Assembly: GCA_049278975.1 (NCBI GenBank)
Contig: JBAPNE010000274.1
Location: forward strand, 1 to 47,957
DNA length: 47,957 nucleotides
DNA from: Candidatus Kryptoniota bacterium
GTDB taxonomy: Bacteria > Bacteroidota > Ignavibacteria > Kryptoniales > JAKASW01
Direction: 5' to 3'
A program made the position numbers and the translations under genes. The notes beneath the pieces are model-generated. The model saw nothing but the letters and a program-made list of their open reading frames with translations. It was not told where the DNA came from and did no database searches. Shown here in pieces: positions 47,361 to 47,957 of this stretch. How positions within the stretch are numbered: position 1 is the first letter of the stretch; each line of letters starts with the position of its first letter.

Positions 47361-47957
47361 TTATAATTGTCCGGTTGCCTTCTCTAAATTTACTCGTGCA
47401 ATTTCCAAATCGGTGAGCGCTTGCGAGTAATTCAACTTTGCTTGCAATAATGCAACCTCCGCATCCATTAAATCTGTATTCGTTACCAGGCCGACCTTAA
47501 ATTTCTGATCCGAAATTCGATAACTCTCATCGGCGTCATTCACTGCAGTCTGTGCAACCGCGATTTTATCTTTCGCCTGCTTGAAATTTAGATAGCTTTG
47601 TGTCACATCGAGGTAGACTGCATCTGCGGTTTGTTTCTCCGCAAGTTCGGCTTGTTCACGCTGGGCGCGAGCCTCATCCACTTTGGCTTCCGTCTGTCCC
47701 CAGTTCCAGATTGGTAGGCTGATTTGGAGACCAGCGTCCCACGTGTTTTTGAAAGCATCGATCGGCGGCTGGATTCTCTGGTTCGGACGCTGGTAATAAT
47801 AATCGCCAACAATGGCTATTTGGGGCAGGTAAGCTCCCCAAGCAGCGGCAACAGCAGCATCCGCGGCTTGATATTTCAAATTCAAAGACTGCAGCTCACT
47901 TCGTTTGTCGAGAGCTAGTTGCAACGAGTTTCCTAACTGGGGCATCGTGGTGTCGCC
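47361..47957 (-). CDS. TolC-family outer membrane efflux protein. Partial: the N-terminus runs off the right edge of the window.
   Basis: The frame stays open to the window edge (GDTTMPQLGNS...). The C-terminal repeat has typical TolC features: YLPQIAIVGDYYYQRPN, long alpha-helical segments, TDLMDAEVALLQAKLNY. Confidence 0.8.
   Translation of the reverse strand, partial: GDTTMPQLGNSLQLALDKRSELQSLNLKYQAADAAVAAAWGAYLPQIAIVGDYYYQRPNQRIQPPIDAFKNTWDAGLQISLPIWNWGQTEAKVDEARAQREQAELAEKQTADAVYLDVTQSYLNFKQAKDKIAVAQTAVNDADESYRISDQKFKVGLVTNTDLMDAEVALLQAKLNYSQALTDLEIARVNLEKATGQL

Noticed and set aside
1-47957. A whole-window scan for tRNA/rRNA genes, CRISPR arrays, IS elements, integrases, toxin-antitoxin pairs and known defence genes.
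   Set aside because: I found no T-loop-type ggttcgaatcc signatures, no regularly spaced direct repeats, and no transposase, integrase, nuclease-helicase or reverse-transcriptase-like ORFs. This was a by-eye scan, so small or degenerate elements could have been missed.

Overview
This 47,957-nt window looks like ordinary chromosome from a moderately AT-rich bacterium. Gene content suggests the FCB group, possibly Ignavibacteria-like: a GWxTD protein, a DUF4159/DUF4175-like pair, an Hc1-type histone-like protein, a ferredoxin-like-domain DAHP synthase, and mixed use of Shine-Dalgarno sites. That placement is inference only. I support about 39 protein-coding genes, most of them housekeeping. They include argJ, tyrA, DAHP synthase, pdxA, ftsE, a NifU-like protein, Mrp/ApbC, two acyl-CoA dehydrogenases, meaB, galE, purD, guaB, an M24 peptidase, an SDR and a TolC-ABC-2 exporter. 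I found no rRNA, tRNA, CRISPR array, transposase, integrase or recognisable defence gene. The best candidate for an uncharacterised system is a tightly packed four-gene cluster at 11864-17590. It encodes a DUF4159-like exported protein, a 1142-aa membrane protein with a roughly 500-residue Gln-rich coiled coil (DUF4175-like), a histidine kinase with no sensor domain, and a receiver protein whose only output is a DHp/H-box module without an ATPase domain. Other points of interest follow. There is an intact stand-alone family B DNA polymerase beside an AT-rich islet of orphan secreted proteins. Two large paralogous PAS-rich hybrid kinases bracket a three-gene insert. An intergenic nest of inverted miniature repeats (gtcWttgcg...gaagcaatc) lies at 6991-7147. 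A bacterial deoxyhypusine-synthase homologue is translationally coupled to argJ. Several long non-coding gaps contain stable hairpins. All family assignments come from motif recognition by eye, since no searches could be run. Hairpin and repeat coordinates that I read directly from the sequence may be off by about 1 nt.
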